A DNA stretch of 56,057 nt from an uncultured Vicinamibacterales bacterium (GTDB lineage: Bacteria; Acidobacteriota; Vicinamibacteria; Vicinamibacterales; 2-12-FULL-66-21): the NCBI GenBank assembly GCA_964476725.1, contig CAYZBZ010000002.1, forward strand, positions 1-56,057, given 5' to 3'. Shown here piece by piece: positions 8,498-18,507 of this stretch. The position numbers and the translations under genes are program-made. The notes beneath the pieces are model-generated. The model saw only the letters and a list, made by a program, of their open reading frames with translations, made no database searches and had not been told where the DNA came from. Within the stretch, counting starts at the first letter, position 1. Every line of letters starts with the position of its first letter.

Positions 8498-9838
8498 ATG
8501 AACCGTCGTGTTTTTCTTTCGAAGACCGCGGCCGCGACCGCTGGACTGGCTGCAGCGTTCCCGGCGCGAAGTCACGCACAGACGAGCCCGAACGAGACGA
8601 TCAACGTTGCGATCATCGGGATTCGAGGCGACAACAAGGGCCATCCAACCTGGACCGCCCGGGGCCGCGGACAGGATCACTACGAACATCTGGCCGGTAT
8701 CAAGAACGTCCGCGTCACCCACGTCGTGGACGTGGACGAACGCCATTTCAAGACCTCGCTGTCTTTCATGAAGGAGAGATGGGGGGGAGATCCGAAGACG
8801 GAAACGGATTTCCGGCGCGTGCTCGACAATCGTGACGTCGATGCGGTGACCATCGCGGCTCCCGATCACTGGCACGCGCTCATGACGATCTGGGCGTGCC
8901 AGGCCGGAAAAGACGTCTACGTCGAGAAGCCCGTCAGCCACAACATCGTCGAGGGCCGACGGATGATCGAAGCCGCGCGACGACACAACCGGGTTGTCGC
9001 CGTCGGGACTCAGAGGCGCAGTGGCGCCGTTCTCGCCAAGGCCGTCCAGTTCCTGCGCGATGGTGGACTGGGCAAGGTCTACGCCGGAAAGACCGTGATC
9101 TATCGTCAAAGAGATCCCATCGGCGTGGTGGCGGACAGCCCGGTGCCGCCGGGGGTTCACTACGATCTGTGGCTGGGGCCTGCGCCGGCGCGTGCGTTCA
9201 ACGAAAACCATTTCCACTATCACTGGCACTGCTTCTGGGAATACGGCACGACCGACCTTGGCAACACGGGAGTCCACTCCCTGGATGCGGTGCGCTGGCT
9301 GCTTGGACAGCAGGAACATCCTCGCCAGGCGCACTGCATTGGCGGCCTTCATGAGGCGGGCGCCCGTACCGACCAGACGACGCCGAACACGCAATACGCC
9401 ACCTATCAATATGCGGACGGAACAGAGCTCCACTGCGACCTGCGGAACTGGTTCGGTGGCCCGGACGAGGCGCAGGGCGTCTACATCTTCGGCTCCAAAG
9501 GCTGGATGAAGGTGGGCGACGACAAGAGCCAGGTGTACTTCGGACCGAAGAACGAACCTGGCCCCACTCTGACCGCCGACGAGAAGCGCGACGCCGGGCA
9601 GGCGCACTTCGAGAACTTCATCGAGTGCGTACGCTCGCGCAAATCGGAGAATCTCAGGGCCGCCATCGAGGAGGGCCATCTGTCGACGACGCTCTGCCAC
9701 CTCGGGAACATTTCCTACCGGGTCGGCCGATCGGTGAAGTTCGATGGAGCGACCGAACGGTTCGTCGGCGACGAGGAGGCCGACAAGCTTCTCAGCCGCG
9801 CGTATCGCGCGCCGTACGTACTGCCCGAAAAGACGTAG
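8498..9838 (+). CDS. Tat-exported Gfo/Idh/MocA oxidoreductase
   Basis: NRRVFL Tat motif; APDHWH; DVYVEKP; GTQRRS; YDLWLGPAP. Confidence 0.92.
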   Translation: MNRRVFLSKTAAATAGLAAAFPARSHAQTSPNETINVAIIGIRGDNKGHPTWTARGRGQDHYEHLAGIKNVRVTHVVDVDERHFKTSLSFMKERWGGDPKTETDFRRVLDNRDVDAVTIAAPDHWHALMTIWACQAGKDVYVEKPVSHNIVEGRRMIEAARRHNRVVAVGTQRRSGAVLAKAVQFLRDGGLGKVYAGKTVIYRQRDPIGVVADSPVPPGVHYDLWLGPAPARAFNENHFHYHWHCFWEYGTTDLGNTGVHSLDAVRWLLGQQEHPRQAHCIGGLHEAGARTDQTTPNTQYATYQYADGTELHCDLRNWFGGPDEAQGVYIFGSKGWMKVGDDKSQVYFGPKNEPGPTLTADEKRDAGQAHFENFIECVRSRKSENLRAAIEEGHLSTTLCHLGNISYRVGRSVKFDGATERFVGDEEADKLLSRAYRAPYVLPEKT

Positions 9839-9885
9839 CGTTGCGTTGACGATCCAGGAAAGGCCGATCTTCCGAACGATTTCCT

Positions 9886-11145
9886 ATGACTCGAGCCCTC
9901 CTTTCCATCCCGGCCGGCTTCCTGCTTGCGCTCAGCGCGTCAGCGACACTCACGCCAACCGCTCCGACCGCCACCCGAGTGGAGAAGCGAGTGATCGCTC
10001 CCCCAGGGCCGAAGCCCGTGGGGCCCTACAGCCCTGGAATCCTCGCCGGCGACTTTCTCTATGTATCGGGACAGGGCGCACGCGACCGCGAGGGAACGCT
10101 CCCGGCGACCGTCGACGGGCAGGTGCGGCAGACCCTGGAGAACGTCAAGGTGATCGTGGAAGCCGCCGGACTCACAATGGCGCATGTGGTCTACAGCCAG
10201 GTGTACCTGGACAACATCGCGAATTACGCAGCGATGGACAGCCTTTGGAGGGAGTATTTTGGCAAGGCACCGCCCGCGCGATCGGTCCTCGGTGTTTACA
10301 GAATGCCGACGGACACTCCGGTGGAGATCAACGCGGTCGCCTACCGCGACCTGTCCCGCAGGAAGCTCGTAGTCCCGGCCGGGTACCCGCGGCGCCTCTC
10401 CTGGACCCCGGGCGTGATGGCCGGCGACCGGCTCTATTTGTCAGGATCCTTCGGTGCTGATGTTGCCACGGGCAAGGTCCCCGACGATCCCGCCGCGCAG
10501 GTGCAGCTGGCGCTCGACAACATGAGACAGACTCTGACCGCGGCGGGCATGGATTTCCGCCACGTGGTGTTCGTCAACCCGTACCTGACGGACAAGGCCT
10601 CGAGCCGGATGAACGACATCTACGCGAAGCATGTCGAATTCGGGAACACGCCCGCGCGCGCGACCATTCGCGTCACGAGCCTGCCGGGCGGCAACACGAT
10701 TGAGTTCACCGGCGTGGCAATCGCCGATCTGTCGAAGCGGCTGGCAGTCCGGCCCGGGAACATGAGACCGAGCGCGACGGCCAGCCCGTGCGTCTTTGCT
10801 GACGACACGTACTTTTGTTCCGCGAAGGGGCCGTTCACTCCCGGACCGGGGAGCACGCAAGGGATCTATGCGGCAACCGTCGAGGCGCAGGTCCGGCAGA
10901 CGATGCGGAACCTGCTCGACGGCCTCGAAGAAGCCGGATTGAGTTTTTCCCACGTGGTCGCCACCAACGTCTACCTGGACGACATCAACGACTTCCCGAG
11001 AATGAACCGGGTGTACGCGCAGTACTTTCCCGAAATGTTCCCCACGCGCACGACAGTCGCGCCGTCGGCCCCCATCGACCGCGAGCCGGCGAACGAGGAC
11101 ACGTACCCGGGCCTCGAGCAGATTTCCCTGGTTGCCGTGAAGTAA
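9886..11145 (+). CDS. Secreted protein with three tandem RidA (YjgF/YER057c/UK114) domains
   Basis: Signal-like N-terminus; three repeats with Q..Q.L.N and PARS/PARA/PTRT motifs plus C-terminal Glu. Confidence 0.88.
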   Translation: MTRALLSIPAGFLLALSASATLTPTAPTATRVEKRVIAPPGPKPVGPYSPGILAGDFLYVSGQGARDREGTLPATVDGQVRQTLENVKVIVEAAGLTMAHVVYSQVYLDNIANYAAMDSLWREYFGKAPPARSVLGVYRMPTDTPVEINAVAYRDLSRRKLVVPAGYPRRLSWTPGVMAGDRLYLSGSFGADVATGKVPDDPAAQVQLALDNMRQTLTAAGMDFRHVVFVNPYLTDKASSRMNDIYAKHVEFGNTPARATIRVTSLPGGNTIEFTGVAIADLSKRLAVRPGNMRPSATASPCVFADDTYFCSAKGPFTPGPGSTQGIYAATVEAQVRQTMRNLLDGLEEAGLSFSHVVATNVYLDDINDFPRMNRVYAQYFPEMFPTRTTVAPSAPIDREPANEDTYPGLEQISLVAVK

Positions 11146-11265
11146 GCCGTACCGGCCGCCACGACAGAGTGGACGAGGACCGCGGCTCGCGATACATTGT
11201 CCCCGCGCCCTGCGAGCGCCGTCGTGCCGGATCCCCGCGATCGGGAGGGCACACAGGAGGCGTCC

Positions 11266-11706
11266 ATGTGGAAACGAGATAAGGCGGTCACGTCCTCGAA
11301 CGCAGTTCCCGACGCTTCCGCCGATCGACCGCCGTCCGACCGCAGACCCCCGGACAATCTCGTCATGGATCTGGGCAAGTCCGTCATGATCAAAGGCGAG
11401 ATCAGCGCCTCGGAGGATATGACAATCTACGGGCAGATGGAGGGACGTGTCACCCTGCCGGGCCACACGCTGACCATCGGGCCGCATGCCGACATCAAGG
11501 CGGCCATCGTGGCAAAGACCGTGGTGATCCACGGCGCGGTGACGGGGAACGTGACGGCCGGCGAGAAGGTCGACATCCGGACCACCGGCGCGGTCGTCGG
11601 CGACGTGATGTCGCCGCGCCTGACGATTGCGGAAGGCGGGTGCCTGTGCGGCAACGTCGAGATGCCGCACGCGCGCTCGGGCCAGCGTCCAACGTCCGCC
11701 GCGTGA
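11266..11706 (+). CDS. Bactofilin (polymer-forming cytoskeletal protein)
   Basis: LGKSVMIKGEISASEDMTIYGQMEG, LTIG, VVIHGAVTGNV, IAEGG; AGGAGG RBS. Confidence 0.9.
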   Translation: MWKRDKAVTSSNAVPDASADRPPSDRRPPDNLVMDLGKSVMIKGEISASEDMTIYGQMEGRVTLPGHTLTIGPHADIKAAIVAKTVVIHGAVTGNVTAGEKVDIRTTGAVVGDVMSPRLTIAEGGCLCGNVEMPHARSGQRPTSAA

Positions 11707-11714
11707 GAAAGGCC

Positions 11715-13415
11715 ATGCAGCTTCCAAACACCGCTCCCGAGCAGGTCGATGTGATCGTGGTGGGCTCCGGCGCATCCGGCGGCTGGGCGGCGAAACGTCT
11801 GTGCGAAGCGGGCGTCAAGGTCGCGCTGCTCGATGCCGGACGGGCGCACGGCGGCAGCGACTACCGCGAGCACACACGGCCGTTCGATCTGAAGTACCGC
11901 GACTACGCCCCGGAGATCATCCGCCGCACGAGGCCGAAGCAGAAGGACTGCTACGCCTGCACGGAATACAACTACGACTGGTTCGCCAACGATCTCGAGG
12001 AGCCGTACACCACGCCCGACGACAAGCCGTTCAGCTGGCAGGGGCGCATGCGGATAGTCGGCGGGCGCACGAACGTCTGGGGACGACAGAGCTATCGGCT
12101 CAGCGAGCTGGATTTCAAGGCCGCGCAGGTCGACGGCTACGGCGACGACTGGCCCATCGGCTACGCCGACGTCGCGCCCTACTACGACATCGTCGAAGAC
12201 TACGTCGGGATCACCGGGATGGCGGAAGGATCGTACGAGCTGCCCGATGGCCGGTTTCATCCGCCAATGGGCCTGCGCTGCGCCGAGGTGCGGCTGCGCA
12301 CCCGGGCGAAGGAGAAGTTCGGCCGGATCGTGACGCTCGGCCGTGCGGCGCATCTGACGAAAGCGATCAACGGGCGCGCGCCGTGCCACTACTGCGGAAC
12401 GTGCGAGCGCGGGTGCGCGACGAAATCGTATTTCAACTCGGCGTTCACCACCGTCGCCGACGCGGTCGCGACAGGCCGCTGCACGCTCGTCACCAATGCG
12501 ATGGCCTACAAGGTCCTGACGGACCCCGGACGGAACCGCGCGCGTGGCATCCTCTATATCGATCGGACGACGAGAGAGGCAAAGGAGATCACCGCGCGCG
12601 TCGTCGTGCTCTGCGCGCAGGCGCTGGAGTCGGCGAGGATTCTCTTCAATTCCGCGACGCGCGAGTCTCCGAATGGACTGGCGAACTCGAGCGGCGTGCT
12701 CGGGCACTATCTCCAGGATCACCTGTGGGTGGCCGGAGGCGCGATGGGCGAGTTCCCGGATCTGCCGGAGAAGCCGAGCCTCGACGGCCCGAACCGGCCG
12801 AACGGCCTGTACGTGATCAGGTTCAGGAATACGAAGAAGGAGCCCGGCTACAAGAAGTTCCTGCGCGGATACGGCTTTCAGGGGGGCGCCGGCGTCGCGT
12901 TCAACATGAAGGCGCCTGGATTCGGCGAGGCGTTCAAGCGCGGGCTGCTCGATCCGGTGACGACCCTTGGGCTGTCAGGATTCGGCGAGTGTCTGGCGCG
13001 CCGGGAGAACTACGTCGGGCTGGATCCCAACGTCGTCGACGTCTTCGGCATTCCCGTGCTGCGGATCACCATGGGTTGGAGCGACAACGAGCGGGCGATG
13101 ATTCCCGACATGGCGGAATCCGCGGCCGAGATGCTCGATGCCGCCGGCGCCAGAGACATCCGCCCGTGGATGGTGCCCAATCGTATTCCGGGCATGGGCA
13201 TCCACGAGGTCGGTGTTGCGCGGATGGGAAGCGATCCGAAGAAGTCGGTGCTGAACCAGTTCCAGCAGACGCACGACGTCAGGAACCTGTTCGTCATGGA
13301 CGGCTCCTGTTTCGTGTCGAGCGGCTGCCAGAACCCGACCTTGACGATCATGGCGCTCGCCGTGCGATCGACCGATTACCTGCTCGGCGAGATGAAGAAG
13401 GGGAATCTCGCGTAG
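11715..13415 (+). CDS. GMC family oxidoreductase (glucoside 3-dehydrogenase-like catalytic subunit)
   Basis: VGSGASGG FAD motif; GGRTNVWG; CHYCGTCERGC Fe-S motif; HEVG..RMG; NPTLTIMALA. Confidence 0.92.
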   Translation: MQLPNTAPEQVDVIVVGSGASGGWAAKRLCEAGVKVALLDAGRAHGGSDYREHTRPFDLKYRDYAPEIIRRTRPKQKDCYACTEYNYDWFANDLEEPYTTPDDKPFSWQGRMRIVGGRTNVWGRQSYRLSELDFKAAQVDGYGDDWPIGYADVAPYYDIVEDYVGITGMAEGSYELPDGRFHPPMGLRCAEVRLRTRAKEKFGRIVTLGRAAHLTKAINGRAPCHYCGTCERGCATKSYFNSAFTTVADAVATGRCTLVTNAMAYKVLTDPGRNRARGILYIDRTTREAKEITARVVVLCAQALESARILFNSATRESPNGLANSSGVLGHYLQDHLWVAGGAMGEFPDLPEKPSLDGPNRPNGLYVIRFRNTKKEPGYKKFLRGYGFQGGAGVAFNMKAPGFGEAFKRGLLDPVTTLGLSGFGECLARRENYVGLDPNVVDVFGIPVLRITMGWSDNERAMIPDMAESAAEMLDAAGARDIRPWMVPNRIPGMGIHEVGVARMGSDPKKSVLNQFQQTHDVRNLFVMDGSCFVSSGCQNPTLTIMALAVRSTDYLLGEMKKGNLA

Positions 13416-13428
13416 GAAGGACGAAGAG

Positions 13429-14121
13429 ATGCCGGAAGCGAAGAAGATACCTGTGCACGCGCAGCCTGCGCAGCCGGCGTCCGGCATGGGGCGGCGGGAT
13501 GCGATGCAGATCCTCGCCGGCGCGATCGGGGCTGGCATCGCGATCCCAGGTTTCGCGGAGGGCCACCCGCTGCAATCGCATCTCGCAGACCACGCGAAGG
13601 TCGCCCAGGCGGACGCAAAGGCGACTGCCGCCGACTGGAAGCCCGAGTTCCTCGACGCCCATCAGTTCGAGACGTTGAAGTCGCTGGCCGAGCGCATCGT
13701 GCCCGGCGCGTCGAAGGCGAAGACAGCCGAGTTCATCGATCAACTGCTCGCCGTCGACACGCAAGGCAACCAGCGCAGCTTCCTCAACGCGGTTGGCGCG
13801 TTCGAGGGGCGCGCTCTCGATCGGACGAGGCGCCCCTGGACCGCGCTGAGCGCCGCCGGACAGGACGAGATCCTCCGCGACGCGTCCACGATGTCCTCCG
13901 GCGTGCCGCTCGAGCAGCCATGGACGACGGGCAAGCCGATCGCAGCGCCAAGACCTGCGGGACCGGTTCGCCTCACGCTGCGCGATCACTTGGATCTGCT
14001 GAAGGGCTGGATTGCCGGCGCGTACTACTCGTCGGAGATCGGCATGCGCGAGCTGGGCTGGACGGGGAACGTGTTTCACGTCGAGTTCCCTGGCTGCCGG
14101 CATCCCGGCGGACACCCGTAG
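13429..14121 (+). CDS. Gluconate 2-dehydrogenase subunit 3 family protein (Tat escort subunit)
   Basis: GRRDAMQ Tat-like motif; ERIVPGA, FIDQLL, AYYSSEIG; follows the GMC gene. Confidence 0.85.
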   Translation: MPEAKKIPVHAQPAQPASGMGRRDAMQILAGAIGAGIAIPGFAEGHPLQSHLADHAKVAQADAKATAADWKPEFLDAHQFETLKSLAERIVPGASKAKTAEFIDQLLAVDTQGNQRSFLNAVGAFEGRALDRTRRPWTALSAAGQDEILRDASTMSSGVPLEQPWTTGKPIAAPRPAGPVRLTLRDHLDLLKGWIAGAYYSSEIGMRELGWTGNVFHVEFPGCRHPGGHP

Positions 14122-14129
14122 GAAAGAGA

Positions 14130-14240
14130 ACGGCTGACAGGATCCGGAATCGTGACGACGCTCGCAAGGAGCCAGGTGCCGCCCTTCCGCACGATCGTGT
14201 TCACATAGCGCCCCTTCACCGCACGTCGTCGCCATGTTCG
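14130..14240 (-). pseudogene. Possible C-terminal scrap of an NTF2/SnoaL-like protein
   Basis: VKGRYVNTIVRKGGTWLLASVVTIPD resembles SnoaL C-termini; no convincing start. Confidence 0.35.
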
Positions 14241-14268
14241 CAGAAGTCCAACGGACTTGCTTCGTGTT

Positions 14269-15537
14269 CTACCGTCGCGCCAAGACAAGAGCTGCGGCAG
14301 CCGTCACAATCATCAGGACCAGGGTTCCTCCGACGACGGCTCTAAACCGCCCGCTGCCGAAGAACAGCGCCACTCCCAGCTTCACTGCGGTGTTCGCCAA
14401 CACGCCAATGGCGATGGCCATGGCCGCAGCCTCCAACGAGACGGTCTTGGCAACCCCTCTCGCCATCGAGACCGTGAGCGCGTCCACGTCGGTCAGTCCA
14501 AGTATGGCCGCCGACGTCAACACACCGGATTGCCCCCACATCTCACGCGCGAGGTATACGACCATGAGCACCGCTTGAAACAGGACGGCCATCTGAATCG
14601 CCGCACGCAGCTGCAGAGGATTGTCCAGCGGCAAATCCGGCGCGCCAACGACCGCGGGCCTGCGCATGCCCGCCGCGGCGGTCAGCGCCGCGACCAAGGC
14701 AGGCATAACCAGGTACGGGATCAGCGGAGGTACAAGTGCCGGGTTGAGCACCGCCGTTGCGATCAGGACACGCGGATACAGCACCGCGTTGGCCCCCACA
14801 GCGCCGAATGCGAGCGCGTGCGCCATCGCAGGGTCACTCCGGCTCAATCGGGCGAATGTGAATGTGACGTTCGTGGACGACACCAGGCCACCAAGCAACC
14901 CGGTCGCCAGGTAGCCGCGACGCGGCCCCACGATACGGCGCGCCACGTGCCCGAGGAAGCTCAGGGCGGAAAAGAATAGGACCAGCGCCCACAGCTCGCG
15001 AGCTCGGATGCCGCCGAGCGGGCCGTACGGTCCCTCCGGGAGCAATGGCAGGACGACACAGGCCATGACCGCGAAGCGCACACCGGCTCGAAGTTCCACG
15101 TCATCGACCCGCTGCACAAGCGCGTGCAGCCGAGACTTTTCAACGAGCAGCAGGGTCTCGAGGGCGATGATCGCGCTCGCAAGTCGAAAGGCCCCAGTCC
15201 CGGCAAGCAGCCCCGCGGTGAGGACAACGAGGGCAGCGACCTCGGTCGTGGCGTCGACATCCTGACGGCTGGCTGCGACGTACGCAGCCGCGGTGATCGT
15301 TACCGCTCCCGCGAAGAGAATGGCCGCCGGCGCCGTCAGACCGGTTTTCCACATCCATCCGCAGAGCCCGGCGATTGCCCCGAGCATCGTGAAGGTGCGG
15401 ATACCGGCGAAACGGGCGCCCGGCCCTTCGGCATGCCCGGACCACTGACGCTCGAGACCGACGGCGGTGCCGCCCAGCGCCGCTATCAAGAGAGCCAGGA
15501 TGTCGGAGGCAATCATGGGCATCGGAAATGGAAGCAC
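14269..15537 (-). CDS. MgtC/SapB family membrane protein with DUF4010
   Basis: VGLERQ, FAGIRTF, ATTEVA, GGLVSST, GLTDVDA; highly hydrophobic. Confidence 0.9.
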   Translation of the reverse strand: MLPFPMPMIASDILALLIAALGGTAVGLERQWSGHAEGPGARFAGIRTFTMLGAIAGLCGWMWKTGLTAPAAILFAGAVTITAAAYVAASRQDVDATTEVAALVVLTAGLLAGTGAFRLASAIIALETLLLVEKSRLHALVQRVDDVELRAGVRFAVMACVVLPLLPEGPYGPLGGIRARELWALVLFFSALSFLGHVARRIVGPRRGYLATGLLGGLVSSTNVTFTFARLSRSDPAMAHALAFGAVGANAVLYPRVLIATAVLNPALVPPLIPYLVMPALVAALTAAAGMRRPAVVGAPDLPLDNPLQLRAAIQMAVLFQAVLMVVYLAREMWGQSGVLTSAAILGLTDVDALTVSMARGVAKTVSLEAAAMAIAIGVLANTAVKLGVALFFGSGRFRAVVGGTLVLMIVTAAAALVLARR

Positions 15538-15620
15538 ACGCGCCGAAACGTAGCACGAATGGTCTGCATTCGACGTCGGCGTCCCATAGCACAGACACGA
15601 GGGCCTGGTTTCTCGGCTAG

Positions 15621-15806
15621 ACCGTGAGGTGAGCCTCTCCTCGCGCGCGCCCGTCTCCGATCAGGCGCTGAAAAAGCGACATCACGCATGCGGATCACGG
15701 CTGCGTCCGCGTCGGACGCGTCACGGTTCAACGATTTACCGAGTTCGCCCGCGTGGACTCCCGAGCTGCGGTGTTGGCGCGCCTCAGGGACAATCGTGGG
15801 GACAGC
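15621..15806 (+). mobile_element. Relic end of an integrative element related to the 36868-37046 end
   Basis: TCTCCGATCAGGCGCT vs TCTCCGATCAGTCGCT (36968); TTGGCGCGCCTCAGGGACAATCGTGGGGACAGC vs TTGGCGCGACACAGGGACAATCCTAGGGACAGC (~37014-37046). Confidence 0.55.
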
Positions 15807-15948
15807 ATTTCGCCCTCGTCAGATCGTAGCGAAGGTCAAGGAGCACTACGGACTCGATACCGAGATCCGCGATCTGCTGAAGAACAAGAGGTAGAATCGC
15901 CTCCCAGCGGGCCGGGTCTTCAGACCCCGGCCCAACGGTGGCGACCAG

Positions 15949-17364
15949 ATGAACATTCACCGCGGCCTGATCGTACTCACCCTGCTGTGTGTGCTGTCGA
16001 TCGCCGCTCCTCCAGCCCAGCGGCTGCCCAACTTCATCATCGTGTACGCCGACGACATGGGCTACGCCGACATCGGCACGTTCAGCACGATCAAGAGCGC
16101 GTCCCGTCCTCACACGCCCAACCTCGATCGGATGGCCGCCGAAGGCATCCGACTGACCAACTTCTACGTGGCGCAGGCCGTGTGCTCGGCTTCGCGTGCC
16201 GCCCTTCTGACCGGCGCCTACTCGAACCGCGTGAGCATTCTAGGCGCGCTGAACCACACGGCGCAGTACGGCATCAACCCGAACGAGATGACGATCGCCG
16301 AAGTCCTGAAGCCGCGCGGTTATGCCACGGCGATCTATGGCAAGTGGCATCTCGGACATCAGAAGCCGTTCCTGCCCGTGCACCACGGCTTCGACGAATA
16401 CTTCGGTCTCCCCTATTCGAACGACATGTGGCCGCGCCACCCGCAGCAGAAGAACTTCTATCCCGACCTGCCGCTCATCGAAGGCGACGAAGTCGTCACG
16501 CTGGATCCCGATCAGTCGCGGTTGACGACGTGGTACACCGCGCATGCGGTCAGCTTCATCGAGCGTCACCGGGACACCCCATTCTTTCTCTATGTCCCGC
16601 ACGCCATGCCGCACGTGCCGCTGTTCGTGTCGGACACGTTCAAAGGCACGACGAAAGGCGGGCTCTACGGCGATGTCGTTGCGGAGATCGACTGGTCGGT
16701 GGGCCAGATACTCGACGCCGTCAAGCGAGCGAAGCTCGACAACGACACGCTCGTGATCTTCACCTCGGACAATGGCCCCTGGATGTCGTACGGGAATCAC
16801 GCCGGGTCGCCGGGGCCGTTTCGCGAAAGCAAGGGCACGTCGTTCGAAGGAGGCGTGCGCGTGCCGTTCGTGGCGCGCTGGCCCGGGCGAATCACCAAGG
16901 GCGCGGTCGGACGACTGCCCGCGATGACGATCGATCTGCTGCCGACGCTGGCGAAGCTCGCGGGCGCGCCCGTCTCGACCGAACGCATCATCGACGGACG
17001 CGACATGTGGCCGCTCATGGCCGGTCAGCCGAACGCGCGGGCGCCACACGACGCGCTCTACTTCTATTGGGGCAGCGAACTGCACGCCGTTCGCAGCGGC
17101 AGGTGGAAGCTGCACCTGCCGCATCCGTATCAGTCGCTCGACGGGGCTGGCAACGACGGCAGCCCGGGCAGGTACGTCCGCAAAGAGATTCCGCTGTCGC
17201 TGTTCGACCTCGAGAAGGACGCGGGTGAAACGACGAATGTCGCCGATCGGAATCCGGCCGTCGTCAAGCGGCTGCTGGAACATGCGGAGCGCGCCCGCGA
17301 CGATCTGGGCGACTCGCTGACCAAACGCGCGGGCAGGAACGTGCGTCCAGCCGGCCGGATGTGA
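15949..17364 (+). CDS. Arylsulfatase A-like sulfatase, secreted
   Basis: ADDMGY, CSASRAALLTG (CxxxR), GKWHLG, SDNGP; signal peptide. Confidence 0.95.
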   Translation: MNIHRGLIVLTLLCVLSIAAPPAQRLPNFIIVYADDMGYADIGTFSTIKSASRPHTPNLDRMAAEGIRLTNFYVAQAVCSASRAALLTGAYSNRVSILGALNHTAQYGINPNEMTIAEVLKPRGYATAIYGKWHLGHQKPFLPVHHGFDEYFGLPYSNDMWPRHPQQKNFYPDLPLIEGDEVVTLDPDQSRLTTWYTAHAVSFIERHRDTPFFLYVPHAMPHVPLFVSDTFKGTTKGGLYGDVVAEIDWSVGQILDAVKRAKLDNDTLVIFTSDNGPWMSYGNHAGSPGPFRESKGTSFEGGVRVPFVARWPGRITKGAVGRLPAMTIDLLPTLAKLAGAPVSTERIIDGRDMWPLMAGQPNARAPHDALYFYWGSELHAVRSGRWKLHLPHPYQSLDGAGNDGSPGRYVRKEIPLSLFDLEKDAGETTNVADRNPAVVKRLLEHAERARDDLGDSLTKRAGRNVRPAGRM

Positions 17365-17440
17365 GTCGGCGACAGCATCACGTTTCCCGCGTTCCTGACC
17401 TGAAGACGCTTCCCGCTGACACCGCTCGATCGGCCCCGAG

Positions 17441-18475
17441 TCAAGCCTCCGGATACAGGAGGACTTTCAATGCCTTTCGTTCGAGGCAGAGATCGAATGC
17501 GTCACGCCACTGTGAGATCGGCAGCGTGTGGGAGATCAGGTCCTGCAACCCGATCCTGCCCTGCGCGAAGATCTCGAACATGCGATGCCACGTGCGCGCG
17601 GTGTAACACACGGATCCGGCGACGGTGAGCTGCTTGTAAAAAACGCGGTCCATTGGGAAGGAAATGTCCTGCCCGCAGATTGCCACCTGCGTGTGGCGGC
17701 CCATGGGTCGCAACGAATCGAGGCAGCTTCGAACCGAGTGCGGATGTCCGGCACACTCGAACGTGACGTCCACCCCCGCGCCACCGGTTTCGTCCCGGAC
17801 CGCGTCGGCGAGACTCTGTTTCTCGACGTTGACCACCGTCGATGCACCGAATCTCCGCGCCGCCTCGAGACGCTCTCCGTCAGCCGACGTTCCCGCGACG
17901 ATGGGTTTCACTCCTTCGGCGACCAGAAGCTTCACGCACAACAGACCCATCGGTCCCGGCCCGGAGACCAGTGCCGTTTCCCCCCTTTGAACGCGCGCGA
18001 TTTCAAGCACAGCCTGCACGATCGCGGCAAACGGCTCGCTGAGTGCCGCCTCCTCCAGCGTCATCCCATCAGGAACGGAGTACAACTGGTCCGGCCGCGC
18101 GACGACGTACTTCGTGAAGGCGCCGTTGACGCCGTGTCCCATGCCCCGCCGCCGCGGGCAGAAAATGAAATACCCGGATCGGCAGTAGGAGCATTCGCCG
18201 CACGTGACCGCGGTCGCGCCGAGAACCGCGACCCGCTGGCCGACGGTCACGCCGGCCGCAAGGCGGCCCACCTCGACGACGGTACCGGCGAACTCGTGAC
18301 CGAGGATCACCGGCGGGTAGTTGCGAAACGTGTCGCGCAGCACATGGATGTCCGTACCGCAGACGCCACAAAAGGCAATCTCGATCTTGGCCTGATCGGC
18401 GCGGCACACCGGCTCCTCGACGTCTCTGACGTCGACGTTCCCATCGCCGGGCGCGTATTTCACGACAGCTCTCAT
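17441..18475 (-). CDS. Zinc-dependent alcohol/sugar dehydrogenase (MDR family)
   Basis: CGTD, GHE, CGECSYC..C, GPGPMG; likely start MRAVVKY. Confidence 0.92.
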   Translation of the reverse strand: MRAVVKYAPGDGNVDVRDVEEPVCRADQAKIEIAFCGVCGTDIHVLRDTFRNYPPVILGHEFAGTVVEVGRLAAGVTVGQRVAVLGATAVTCGECSYCRSGYFIFCPRRRGMGHGVNGAFTKYVVARPDQLYSVPDGMTLEEAALSEPFAAIVQAVLEIARVQRGETALVSGPGPMGLLCVKLLVAEGVKPIVAGTSADGERLEAARRFGASTVVNVEKQSLADAVRDETGGAGVDVTFECAGHPHSVRSCLDSLRPMGRHTQVAICGQDISFPMDRVFYKQLTVAGSVCYTARTWHRMFEIFAQGRIGLQDLISHTLPISQWRDAFDLCLERKALKVLLYPEA

Positions 18476-18507
18476 TGACCCACCGCCGTCATCGCGTGCT
18501 CCCGGTC

